Shown one piece after another: positions 37,294 through 48,583 of a stretch of DNA of 64,000 nucleotides (position 1 is the stretch's first letter; each line of letters starts with the position of its first letter). A model generated the notes under the pieces. The model was not told the origin of the DNA. It saw only the letters and a program-made list of their open reading frames with translations, and ran no database searches. This DNA is from Pedobacter sp. (GTDB lineage Bacteria > Desulfobacterota > Desulfuromonadia > Desulfuromonadales > Syntrophotaleaceae), in assembly GCA_050253415.1 (NCBI GenBank), contig JBFWJC010000001.1, positions 744,679-808,678 of the forward strand, given 5' to 3'. The position numbers and the translations under genes are program-made.

Positions 37294-38130
37294 ATGCTCG
37301 ATCTGGTGATAGACGGTGATAAGTGCACCCGATGTGAACAATGCGTCAGGGACTGCCCGTTAATGGTTCTGGTCATGGACCAGGGCGTGCCCTACGTCGG
37401 TGAAGACAAAGCGGAAAAATGTATCGAGTGTCAGCATTGCCTGGCGGTTTGTCCGACCGGCGCCCTGGGTATTTTCGGGCTAAAGCCGGAAGACAGTCTG
37501 CCTCTTGCCGGACATTTTCCCGAGCCCGCCCAGATGGAAACCCTGATCAAGGGCCGTCGTTCCATCCGTCGCTTTCAGCGAGAGCCGGTCGACCCCGCTA
37601 CCATCGAACAATTGCTCAAAATATCCACCCATGCTCCCACCGGCGTCAATTCGCGCAAGGTACTGTTTACCGTGGTTGAAGATCCGCAGACCATGGAGCA
37701 GGTCAAGCACGCGACCATGGAAGGCGTTCGGAAAATGGTTCAGGACGAGAGCCTGCCCAAGGGCAAGGAGTTTTACGGCGGTATTCTGCGGGCCTGGGAC
37801 AAGGGCGCGGATATCCTTTTCCGCAAGGCGCCGCATCTGCTGATCGTGTCCGTCGATGCCAAGGCCCCGACCCCCATCGCCGACGGATTCATCGCCATGA
37901 CCACCTTCGAGATGATGGCTGCAACCCTGGGCCTGGGCACCCTGTGGGACGGTCTGGCCAAATGGGCCATGGTCGACATGAATCCTGAGCTGGGCGCCCA
38001 GCTTGGCATCCCCGAATCTCATGAGATTGTCTACGTCATGCTGTTCGGAAAGCCCGCGGTGACCTATCACCGTACGGTACAGCGCGATGCGGATCTTAAA
38101 GTTAACCGCGTGGTGTGGGATAAGAAATAG
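37294..38130 (+). CDS. Nitroreductase with N-terminal 4Fe-4S ferredoxin domain
   Basis: CTRCEQCVRDCP, CIECQHCLAVCP, RRSIRRF, APTGVN, GLGTLW. Confidence 0.93.
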   Translation: MLDLVIDGDKCTRCEQCVRDCPLMVLVMDQGVPYVGEDKAEKCIECQHCLAVCPTGALGIFGLKPEDSLPLAGHFPEPAQMETLIKGRRSIRRFQREPVDPATIEQLLKISTHAPTGVNSRKVLFTVVEDPQTMEQVKHATMEGVRKMVQDESLPKGKEFYGGILRAWDKGADILFRKAPHLLIVSVDAKAPTPIADGFIAMTTFEMMAATLGLGTLWDGLAKWAMVDMNPELGAQLGIPESHEIVYVMLFGKPAVTYHRTVQRDADLKVNRVVWDKK

Positions 38131-38198
38131 GCACCTAGCGGATTTGATAAAGGCTCCGTCTATCATATGACGGGGGTAATGACTGGATAAAACAGTAT

Positions 38199-38236
38199 AA
38201 AAAAGGCCTTCCAATATATACGGAAGGCCTTTTTTT
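38199..38236. terminator. Bidirectional intrinsic terminator
   Basis: A6-GGCCTTCC-N9-GGAAGGCC-T7. Confidence 0.85.
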
Positions 38237-38554
38237 ATAGGAGTGTCCCGTCCTAAAAGGCGGTTTGCGGGGCCGCATAGTGGTCAACTTACCTGATAGC
38301 TGAAACAGTAAGCGCTACTTGCAAGTGGCTTCGTGCCGGGATCACCTCTCAATGCCCGGGCTGATGATGTGTTGACCTAAGTTAGGTTGTCGAGAATTTG
38401 CTAAGAGCTCCATTTTATTCGCCTCCAGCGAAAGGACTCGCCCTGGTTTCGTAGCCGCTCCCAACCCATGTCGGTGCCATCGTATTTTTTGCCTTAGTGC
38501 GTTTTCTTGCGGTTGCTGGATATCTGCCAGAAATTCTTATAAAACCTGGTCTAC

Positions 38555-38704
38555 GAGAAAAGCCCTCCGGTTCGCATGGTGGGCTTTTCATGTCTGAATC
38601 ACTGTGTTTTGCGATACTTTCCCTGGAATCGGAACGGTTAAGTAGCCGAGTTCAATGCATCGGGGAAATGCCTGATTTCATAGGCGTCCCTCCTTCTGTT
38701 CCCC
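38555..38704. repeat. ~150-bp imperfect direct repeat, copy 1
   Basis: GAAAAGCCC...GGGCTTTTC hairpin, then AAGTAGCCGAGTTCAATGCATC...CCTGATTTCAT..GCGTCCCT; matches 39278-39427. Confidence 0.85.
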
Positions 38705-38737
38705 AGATCCGGTTTGAGCGCATCTGACCTTGCCCAA

Positions 38738-39013
38738 TTAATTCTGAATTTCTTTCAATCTATCAGTTTGCACGTATATGTTACGAATATTTTCCGATAT
38801 ACGGTTATCTAACTTGTCTCTAACTATAATCATGTCCTTTAAAACAATTTTTTCGCCAGAAATAGTAAAGTAGGAAATTTTTCTGGAGGAATCACCAAGG
38901 TCCTCAACAATAACAAATCTGTCAGCGCCAAGAGCTGTTACTTCAGAATAACTTTCATTTACAAATGTACCGAAAATAATCAAAGCTAAAAAAGTAACAA
39001 ATATAAGCCTCAT
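38738..39013 (-). CDS. AT-rich hypothetical exported protein (91 aa)
   Basis: GGAGG RBS, hydrophobic leader, markedly lower GC than its neighbours. Confidence 0.7.
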   Translation of the reverse strand: MRLIFVTFLALIIFGTFVNESYSEVTALGADRFVIVEDLGDSSRKISYFTISGEKIVLKDMIIVRDKLDNRISENIRNIYVQTDRLKEIQN

Positions 39014-39277
39014 TTTTTCCTCCATTGATTTTTGATTAAAGGAATGAGCCTCCTGAAAAGTAAAATTCTGTGGCTGTATTTTACAATCAACGCACGCCAA
39101 GGCAGGCGCGTTTGCCTGATTTATTACATTTTATGGTGGATAGAACCGATGCCTGAGATTTTTAAATATTATCTTTATTAAATGTTAGGTCAAGCTTGGG
39201 TCGCCTGAAAAACGTTCCCAGTTTGTTCAAGACGAAAATACTAAGAGAACTTTTATTTCTTGCAATTCCTGAAATGT

Positions 39278-39427
39278 GAGAAACGCCCACCGGTCAGCAT
39301 GGTGGGCGTTTCATGTCTACGGACCGGTGAGGTTTGCGAAACATCTAATGGAGCGAGAATGGCCAAGTAGCCGAGTTCAATGCATCCGGGAAATACCTGA
39401 TTTCATGTGCGTCCCTTCCTCTGCCCC
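39278..39427. repeat. ~150-bp imperfect direct repeat, copy 2
   Basis: GAAACGCCCACC...GGTGGGCGTTTC hairpin and the same AAGTAGCCGAGTTCAATGCATC block. Confidence 0.85.
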
Positions 39428-39672
39428 ATCCGCTAGCAATGAGGTGAACATACTTTTCAGAAGAAAGAATCTTCGACATGCTGCCATGCGAGAAGATAGT
39501 GGAAAATATTTCATTGAACCGCATATGCGGGCAATGTTTGAAGAACTCTGGAAGATTCACTTCAAACAGCAAGAGAGTTAGTCCTTTCCCAATTGCCCGG
39601 CTTGAAATTTAGCTCCGAGCTGAGAGAATAGCAGGGTAGCGAAACGTAAACTCCAAAAACAAGGAGGCGATG

Positions 39673-39792
39673 ATGCGTTCTGTTCAAAGATGGCAGTGTA
39701 TGGTCTGTGGTTTGATTGTTGAAGGCGCGGCTCCACCTAAAATTTGTCCTAAATGTGGTGCCAGATCCGACCGCTTTATCAAGATCAAGTAG
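39673..39792 (+). CDS. Short rubredoxin-like protein MRSVQRWQCMVCGLIVEGAAPPKICPKCGARSDRFIKIK
   Basis: Not in the ORF track; AAGGAGG RBS; WxCxxCG...PxxCPxCG motif. Confidence 0.9.
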   Translation: MRSVQRWQCMVCGLIVEGAAPPKICPKCGARSDRFIKIK

Positions 39793-40173
39793 CGCCTCCA
39801 ACACCCCGTTCCGTATCAAAATACAGGCTACCTTTCAAGGGCCTGGGTACAAATTCCGATATCTTGTTTGACAGTTTCCCGGCGATTTGGATGTTACTCA
39901 GACCGCCAAAATGATTTGTCCGAGTTGCCATATGCGCAATCCATATTTAAGGGTACCCGGATAACGACTTGCGAAAATATGTTCAACCGAATCCTACCCC
40001 GGATTTATGCCGACATGCTGCACATGTTGTTTAGCTTGCGCAGATTATGAATGCAAAAAGGTGGCTTTCCGATGATTTTTTTTGCCATTTTTCTGGCCGT
40101 TTGGATTGGCAGATTCAAGAAAAGGTTGCGGATCAAAAAACAACCCGCGTAAGTCTCGTAAATTGATGGTTAG

Positions 40174-42417
<2,244 letters not shown>

Positions 42418-42573
42418 TCAAAAAAGAACGTGTTTGAGGGGTTATGGCAGGACGGAAAGAAAACGGTCAGCCAGCAAACGGTTCCAGCGGACGGCTATTG
42501 CTGCTGGAACCGGCACGTCAAGGCAAAAACCGTCCTGATTGAGGGAGACGCAATCACCCTATTCAATGTGCCC

Positions 42574-42608
42574 AAAGGCCCAGCCTGAATATCAGGCTGG
42601 GCCTTTTT
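42574..42608. terminator. Intrinsic terminator between convergent genes
   Basis: AAAGGCCCAGCCTGA-ATA-TCAGGCTGGGCCTTTTT. Confidence 0.88.
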
Positions 42609-42626
42609 GTATTGGAAGGCGATGAC

Positions 42627-43541
42627 TCAAGGTGACGCAGTGGCGCTTGCCGATGCAGGGGTGGTCGGCGGGGAAAATCGCTTTCGATAGGTGCAGCGTC
42701 GACAAAGGTCTTCGATGGCATGCTGTCGGGAAAACCCGTCGCGCATACGCCGGGCGCGGTCGCTGGCCAGGATCTCCCGCAACTCCTGTCGGTGGATGTT
42801 CCCCAAGGGGATGTCGCCTTCGGCATCGAGGCAGCAGGGTACCACGGTGCCATCGACTAAAATGCCGATATGATCCCGCAGTCCTCGACAGAATCCCCGC
42901 TCACCTTGGTCGCATGTCAAGGCATGGGGCCAGTTAAATTCAAGATCCTGGCTGAGAAACACCCTGGGTGCCAGGCGTATCCCCTGGCCGGGTGTCAGGC
43001 TGGCCGGAATGTCCATCGGCAAGGCAAAAAAATCCTTGAGACGCTGCATCAGTTGACGATTTGGCTGGTCTGTTGATGCCGCTGCGGTATTCTGCAGGTT
43101 CCACAGGCGCAGGCTGATATATACGGCACTTTTTGCCCGGGCTTCACCGATGAAATCGAAGGCTTCGTCCAGGTAGGTATGCAGGGCGGAGGAGTCTTGT
43201 GCGTTTTCAAAGCTGTGCAGGGAAATGTTGATCTGGCGCAGGGCAGGGCTGGCCAGCAGCGTGTCGCGTGTTTGCGGCAGCAACGTGGCGTTGGTGGTCA
43301 GGTTCACCCGTTTACCGTGCGTATGACAGTTCTCCAGTAGCAAAGCAAGGTCAGGATGTAGCAGTGGTTCGCCGAGTAGATGCAGCGCCAGGTAGTCCGT
43401 AAGGTTCCCGATTTGCAGCAGAATATGGTCAAACTCCGCCGGAGAGACAAACGCCTTGGTCCGTTTGCTCTGATGGCAGAAGCTGCACGAGAGGTTGCAG
43501 CGATTGGTGATCTCGACAAATATGCGTTTGAACTTTTTCAG
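42627..43541 (-). CDS. Radical SAM protein with C-terminal SPASM/twitch domain; probable CTG start
   Basis: The frame continues upstream of the tracked ORF as LKKFKRIFVEITNRCNLSCSFC...HLLGEPLLHP; C-terminal CRG..DGTVVPCC..CRRC. Confidence 0.85.
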   Translation of the reverse strand: MKKFKRIFVEITNRCNLSCSFCHQSKRTKAFVSPAEFDHILLQIGNLTDYLALHLLGEPLLHPDLALLLENCHTHGKRVNLTTNATLLPQTRDTLLASPALRQINISLHSFENAQDSSALHTYLDEAFDFIGEARAKSAVYISLRLWNLQNTAAASTDQPNRQLMQRLKDFFALPMDIPASLTPGQGIRLAPRVFLSQDLEFNWPHALTCDQGERGFCRGLRDHIGILVDGTVVPCCLDAEGDIPLGNIHRQELREILASDRARRMRDGFSRQHAIEDLCRRCTYRKRFSPPTTPASASATASP

Positions 43542-43664
43542 ACGGGTAAGTTCTCAACGGGTGGACATTGGCAATGTGCGGCATGCGCCCTAATCTAAAG
43601 TGAAATGCAACCCGTGGCAAGAAAATCCTGAGATGGCTGAGGGGAAAACAGGGATCCCTTGGGA

Positions 43665-44114
43665 TTAGTCCCGAACCTCCAGGATAAAGCGGGCACCGAC
43701 GTAGACGATGTACCCTGGCACAAAGACCCTGAAAAAACGTTCCGGTCGGTTGAGATAGTCGCTGACCCGGCTGCGGTCCTGGGGCAGATCGACAAAAATT
43801 TCACCTTCGATCGCTTCACCGTGCAGGGTGGTAATTTGGACCGTGTATTTCTTGCCCAGCATCATCAGTTCGTGGCGCTCATCATCCGCAGGAGTACTGG
43901 CCTTGATGATGTTCGCAACATTCAGGTGAACGGTGCCGTCGGCAGTCTTTACCGGCAAGAAGGCGTCTTCTCCGTTGAGCAGTTCACCGACTCGTTGCGA
44001 GCCCTGGCGATGTGCTTCGTAGAGACTGAGAAATACTTCCCCCGTGACTTCGCTGCCATCGGCAAGGGTAAAAATAACCTGCCGACGATTCTTGGCGATC
44101 TTCTGCTCTTCCAT
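43665..44114 (-). CDS. Hypothetical protein with two similar halves
   Basis: AAGGAG RBS; repeated pattern GEVF...RVGELLN / GEIF...RVSDYLN. Confidence 0.75.
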   Translation of the reverse strand: MEEQKIAKNRRQVIFTLADGSEVTGEVFLSLYEAHRQGSQRVGELLNGEDAFLPVKTADGTVHLNVANIIKASTPADDERHELMMLGKKYTVQITTLHGEAIEGEIFVDLPQDRSRVSDYLNRPERFFRVFVPGYIVYVGARFILEVRD

Positions 44115-44278
44115 GCCTACTCCTTTGGTGTCCTGTAAGGTATCGTGCCTTCTCATTCCGACCTTTTTACGCGGTCTGGGTTTGGCCAGCTAAACTCAAG
44201 GTCCGCATTGGCAGACTTCTGCATTGCAAGAAAAGTATCATTAATTTGATATCATGGCTACCATCAAAGGGTGGGTTG

Positions 44279-45322
44279 TTACTGAAACAACGACTTGTTG
44301 GATGCGAATTTGTGAGCTTCCTCCCGGGTGATCTTGCCTGCCGTAAGCAAATCCTGAATGGCTTGATCCATAAGCATCATCCCCTGGGATTTGCCGGTCT
44401 GGATCACCGAAGGGATCTGGAAGGTCTTACCTTCGCGGATCAGGTTTGACACCGCCGGGGTGACGGCCAGGATCTCCAAAGCGGCGCAGCGTTTACCGTC
44501 TACGGTGCGCAACAGTTGCTGGGCGATAACGCCCTTGAGGGACTCGCCGAGCATGGTGCGGACCTGTTCCTGCTGGTTGGTGGGAAACACGTTGATGATG
44601 CGATCGACGGTCTTGGCGGCGCTGCTGGTATGCAGGGTGCCGAATACCAGATGGCCGGTTTCCGCAGCGGTAATGGCCAGTTCGATGGTTTCCAGATCGC
44701 GCATCTCGCCAACCAGTATCAAATCCGGATCCTCTCGCAGGGCTGCTTTGAGAGCCGTCGCGAAAGAGCGGGTGTGCCGACCGACCTCCCTCTGGTTGAT
44801 CAGGCTCTGTTGACTGACATGGACGAATTCGATGGGGTCTTCGACGGTCAGAATGTGCTCCTTGCGGGTCCGGTTGACATGATCGATCATGGCCGCCAGG
44901 GTCGTTGATTTGCCGCTTCCGGTCGGGCCGGTGACCAGTACCAGCCCTTTTTTGAACTGGGTGAAGTTGAGCACCGCCGGGGACAGGCCCAGTTGTTCGG
45001 CGCTGAGGATTTCAGCAGGAATGAGGCGAAAAACCGCGCTCATGCCCAGGCGCCCCATGAAGATATTGGCGCGAAAGCGGGATTTTAACTCCGATACTTC
45101 ATAAGCAAAATCGACATCGCGGGTGGTCTCATAGGTTTTGCGCTGCGCCTCGGTCATGATTTCGTAAAGCAGGACTTTGTTCTGCTCGTGGGTAAGCGTC
45201 TGGCTCATGATTGCTTCGAGGTCGCCCGATTTGCGAATCAGCGGCGGGTTTCCGGGGGAGAGATGCAGGTCGGAGCCGCTTTTGTCCTTCAAAATTTTGA
45301 ACAGCGCGTCAATTTTTGCCAT
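44279..45322 (-). CDS. pilT: Type IV pilus retraction ATPase, PilT family
   Basis: SDLHL, GPTGSGKSTT, EDPIEF, QREVG, ALREDPD..LVGEMRD, GHLVFGTLHT, NLIREGK. Confidence 0.95.
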   Translation of the reverse strand: MAKIDALFKILKDKSGSDLHLSPGNPPLIRKSGDLEAIMSQTLTHEQNKVLLYEIMTEAQRKTYETTRDVDFAYEVSELKSRFRANIFMGRLGMSAVFRLIPAEILSAEQLGLSPAVLNFTQFKKGLVLVTGPTGSGKSTTLAAMIDHVNRTRKEHILTVEDPIEFVHVSQQSLINQREVGRHTRSFATALKAALREDPDLILVGEMRDLETIELAITAAETGHLVFGTLHTSSAAKTVDRIINVFPTNQQEQVRTMLGESLKGVIAQQLLRTVDGKRCAALEILAVTPAVSNLIREGKTFQIPSVIQTGKSQGMMLMDQAIQDLLTAGKITREEAHKFASNKSLFQ

Positions 45323-45551
45323 GATGGTATCCCTAACACCCCTCGGGCGAACAGTTAGAATGTTTATTTGTAATATGATTTCAGCTAATTAGCCTGGATT
45401 CTGGCGCTTTGGATGAATATCGGCCGCAGGTGTTATTGCATTTTACATGCCTTTTGTGGGGGATCTGGCAGCGCATCCTTGAGGTGCTTGGCGCTGCCCA
45501 CAGGTGTTACAATGAGACAACCGGTAGCGGATAAAACCCTAGGAGGCAACT

Positions 45552-46208
45552 ATGGAAACTGTCGAACTTTTCAGCGCCCGGGTGTGTCCCTTTGCCCATC
45601 GCTGCCGTCTGGCGTTGATGGAAAAGGGGTTGCCCTTTGAAGTAATCGAAATCGATCTGCGAAATAAACCCGCATGGTACCGGCAGATCAATCCCGACGA
45701 AGCGGTTCCCGCTTTGCGGCAGGGTCATTTTATGCTGCGGGAATCGCTGATTATCAATGAATATATTGACGAACTCGTTGCCGAGCCCCCATTGCTGCCG
45801 GCTTCGCCACAAGGTCGGGCCCGGGCGCGGCTGTGGGCTGAATTCGCCAATACGCGTTTTGTCCCTCTGTTTTACCGTCTGCTCAAGGCGCAGGGGGAGG
45901 ATGAGCGCGTTGCGGCGCGTGATAAATTGGTGTGTGTCCTGTCGGTCCTGAATGCGGAATTGCACCGGAGCCAATCGGACGGGGGCTACTGGTTCGGTCA
46001 AAATGTTGGCCTGACCGACATTGCCTTTTATCCCTGGTTTGAACGCTGGCCTGTCCTGGAACATTATCGGGGGGTGCGCATTCCTGGTGAGCTGACATCG
46101 CTTTTGCGCTGGATCGAAACCATGCAGGGACGGGAGGTCGTCAAAAAGGCCAGGCAGACGGCCGAATTTTACATTGCCGGATATGAAGATTACGCCAGGG
46201 GTGGGTGA
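45552..46208 (+). CDS. Glutathione S-transferase (omega-like, CPFA motif)
   Basis: CPFAHR, KPAWY, VPAL, ESLIINEYIDE, DIAFYPWFER. Confidence 0.9.
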   Translation: METVELFSARVCPFAHRCRLALMEKGLPFEVIEIDLRNKPAWYRQINPDEAVPALRQGHFMLRESLIINEYIDELVAEPPLLPASPQGRARARLWAEFANTRFVPLFYRLLKAQGEDERVAARDKLVCVLSVLNAELHRSQSDGGYWFGQNVGLTDIAFYPWFERWPVLEHYRGVRIPGELTSLLRWIETMQGREVVKKARQTAEFYIAGYEDYARGG

Positions 46209-46215
46209 CTTAAAT

Positions 46216-46329
46216 AAAAAAAGGGCGCGTCGCCCTGGAGGGGGAACAACGCGCCAAAAGATGGAGGTTTAAACCGTGTTTTTTTAAATCGTGTGTTTGT
46301 TGATCGCTCTGTCGAGCGTTGTGTTCGTT
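46216..46329 (-). ncRNA. Candidate small RNA (~115 nt)
   Basis: Minus-strand TGGTCA-N17-TAGAGT promoter-like motif, A/C-rich body, two CCTCC motifs, GC-rich terminator with T7. Confidence 0.4.
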
Positions 46330-46480
46330 GAGTGAACTCTAGCCTTTTCCGGGATCACTGACCACGTGGCTTTCCGTAATAATGCCGGATAGAACAACCA
46401 CTGCCGACTGTGCATTTGAACAGTCGGCAGTTTTAAAATAAAAAATATAGAATAAAATCAGCTACTTGAAATTTCAAAGT

Positions 46481-46861
46481 TTAGGACTTTACCACTTCTA
46501 CCAGATAACCGTCAGGATCCGCGAGAAAATAAAATTTCGGTTCGCCGCCCGCCAGGCCCTTGAGAGGTTTGGGGTTGAAACCCAACGCCTCGTGCTGTTT
46601 ATGGGAAGCAAGCAAGTCCTTGACCCCCACGGCCAGATGGGAATAACCGGTACCCATTTCGTAGGGCTCGGTCTGGTCGTGGTTCCAGGTAAGCTCGAGT
46701 TCGAAGGTGCCCCCGGGGGTTCGCAGGTAGGACAGAGTGAATTTGTGATCGGGGAAGTCAAGCCGCCGCGCAATCTCGAAGCCGAAGGCTTGCTGGTAAA
46801 ACTGTTCGGATTTTTTCAGGTTCATGACCCGGATGCAGGTGTGAATCATCTCGTATTTCAT
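46481..46861 (-). CDS. gloA: Lactoylglutathione lyase (glyoxalase I)/VOC family
   Basis: HTCIRV, ELELTWN, YEMGTGYSHLAVGV, DPDGYLVE. Confidence 0.9.
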   Translation of the reverse strand: MKYEMIHTCIRVMNLKKSEQFYQQAFGFEIARRLDFPDHKFTLSYLRTPGGTFELELTWNHDQTEPYEMGTGYSHLAVGVKDLLASHKQHEALGFNPKPLKGLAGGEPKFYFLADPDGYLVEVVKS

Positions 46862-47008
46862 CTGCAGAACTCCTTTGTTATTTACGGCCCTTAGTGGGCG
46901 TGGATAAAAAAATGTTGGATGAAGTATATGCATAAGTGGCGGTTTCGGCCATGATGATTTATGCGGCCATATTGTGGACAATATAGATATTTTAAAGCAA
47001 TAGACCTT

Positions 47009-47782
47009 TCATGGGATGCGACGCAACAGCGTGTCCATGGATTCCGTCATCCCTTCGAGCAGCAGTCTGCCGTCCGCATCCAGAACATGCACGGGTCGCT
47101 TGGCGAAATCGAGCCAGCGCACGTCGAGTCGTCCGTTCATGGCACGTCTTTGATCTGCAACCCGATTTCGCAAGGCATGGCGCTCGGCCGATGTAAGTCC
47201 ATAGATACCGCGCTTTTCATGCCCCCGGCCGCGAGGGATAAAGGGCAGGATGCTCAGACGCTTTACACCGTGGCGCAGGCAATAGTCGGCCACCCAATCG
47301 ACAACCCAGGCGCTATTGCCTACCACGGTGGTCTGAACGGAGGCAGGCACTCGGGCGTCGACAAGGTGGCGGAGGTTTTTGCTGGTATGACAAAAGGCTT
47401 CACGTCCGACGAGATGGTCGTGGTGCTCCGGGGAGCCGTGCAGGCTTACCTTGACCTGCGTGCCGGTGTTGCGCAGCGCCGGCAGAAGTTCGTCATTCAT
47501 TTCGATGGCGTTGGTGGTGAGTTTAAGTTTGGCGCCGCGTGTATGGGCGTAAGTCAGTAGCTGGGGGAGGGCTGGATGCATGGTCGGTTCGCCGCCGCAG
47601 AAGTGGATGCCCGTGACCCCGTGGGATAGCAGCCAGTCGATACGGCCCATGAGTGTCGTCGCACAGGGGTGACTTTCGTTGCGGGGAGCGAGACAGAACC
47701 GGCAATCGGCATTGCAGCGACGCGTGATGCGAAAGCATATGGCTGGCGGCAGTTGCAGCTTTAGTACCGGGCGGCGTTTCAT
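47009..47782 (-). CDS. Radical SAM protein
   Basis: [25 protein letters not shown]-coupled to the upstream gene. Confidence 0.88.
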   Translation of the reverse strand: MKRRPVLKLQLPPAICFRITRRCNADCRFCLAPRNESHPCATTLMGRIDWLLSHGVTGIHFCGGEPTMHPALPQLLTYAHTRGAKLKLTTNAIEMNDELLPALRNTGTQVKVSLHGSPEHHDHLVGREAFCHTSKNLRHLVDARVPASVQTTVVGNSAWVVDWVADYCLRHGVKRLSILPFIPRGRGHEKRGIYGLTSAERHALRNRVADQRRAMNGRLDVRWLDFAKRPVHVLDADGRLLLEGMTESMDTLLRRIP

Positions 47783-48145
47783 GGTCGTCGGCGTTCGGCA
47801 AGCATGTTGCAAAACATCTGCCCCTGTTCGATAGCGTCATCGAGGGCTACATGGGTGTGGGGAATGTTGTCGAACCAGCGTTGCGGCATGTTGCGCTTGG
47901 TGCAGCGGCGGTAGTCCTTGCCCAACATCACCATGGCCATGGTCTTGATGTCCAGAGCGGAAAAACTGAATGGACTGCGACCGGCAAATTGGATCAGGTA
48001 CCAGTAGATGAACATGAAATCGAAGGCCGCCGGATAGCCGACGAATACCGGCTGGTCGGGCAGGGTTTCGAGCCATTGCGCATATTCGGGCATAACCTGT
48101 TGCGGTGTGCGCAGGTTGCTGCGGCATGCCTGCCAGGCATGTGCG
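47779..48145 (-). pseudogene. 5'-truncated DEDDh 3'-5' exonuclease (Rv2179c-like)
   Basis: YPAAFDF, ALDIKT and HTHVALDDA motifs present. The frame extends to AWQACR and then meets a stop, with no N-terminal DxE motif. Confidence 0.7.
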
Positions 48146-48583
48146 AAGGATCTTTGCTAAGCAGCATCGGGATTCCTTGCTTTTTGGCGATAGCGATTTA
48201 TTCACAGCAGAGGATATTGTTCCTCATTAATATAGCGCGTATCCGGATTTAATAGCAGCGGGCTCAATGTGAATACCATTGCTCATTCGGATCATTGAGA
48301 AGCCGCGCACCTTGACCCGCTCCTGCCCATGCAGTTTTACAGGAGGGCACAGGGTTTCAAGGAAAGTGTTTTTTTACAGTTTACCCAGTGTTCCGGGTTT
48401 TCGCAAAAGAGCGTAAAGATCGGCGAGTGAAATCTGTCTGCATCCTCATCCTAATGGCCACCTAACCATATAAATTGATAATCAACAGCCCGCCGACTTC
48501 CGGAAGACATGGGGGCTTTCGCATCCGGGGAACTTTTTGCTACTGTGAAAGGGATTCTTCTGCTTTTACAGAAAGGGCACCGC

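Noticed and set aside
38555..39427. Integron attC sites
   Set aside because: No RYYYAAC...GTTRRRY bounded palindrome and no integrase in the window.
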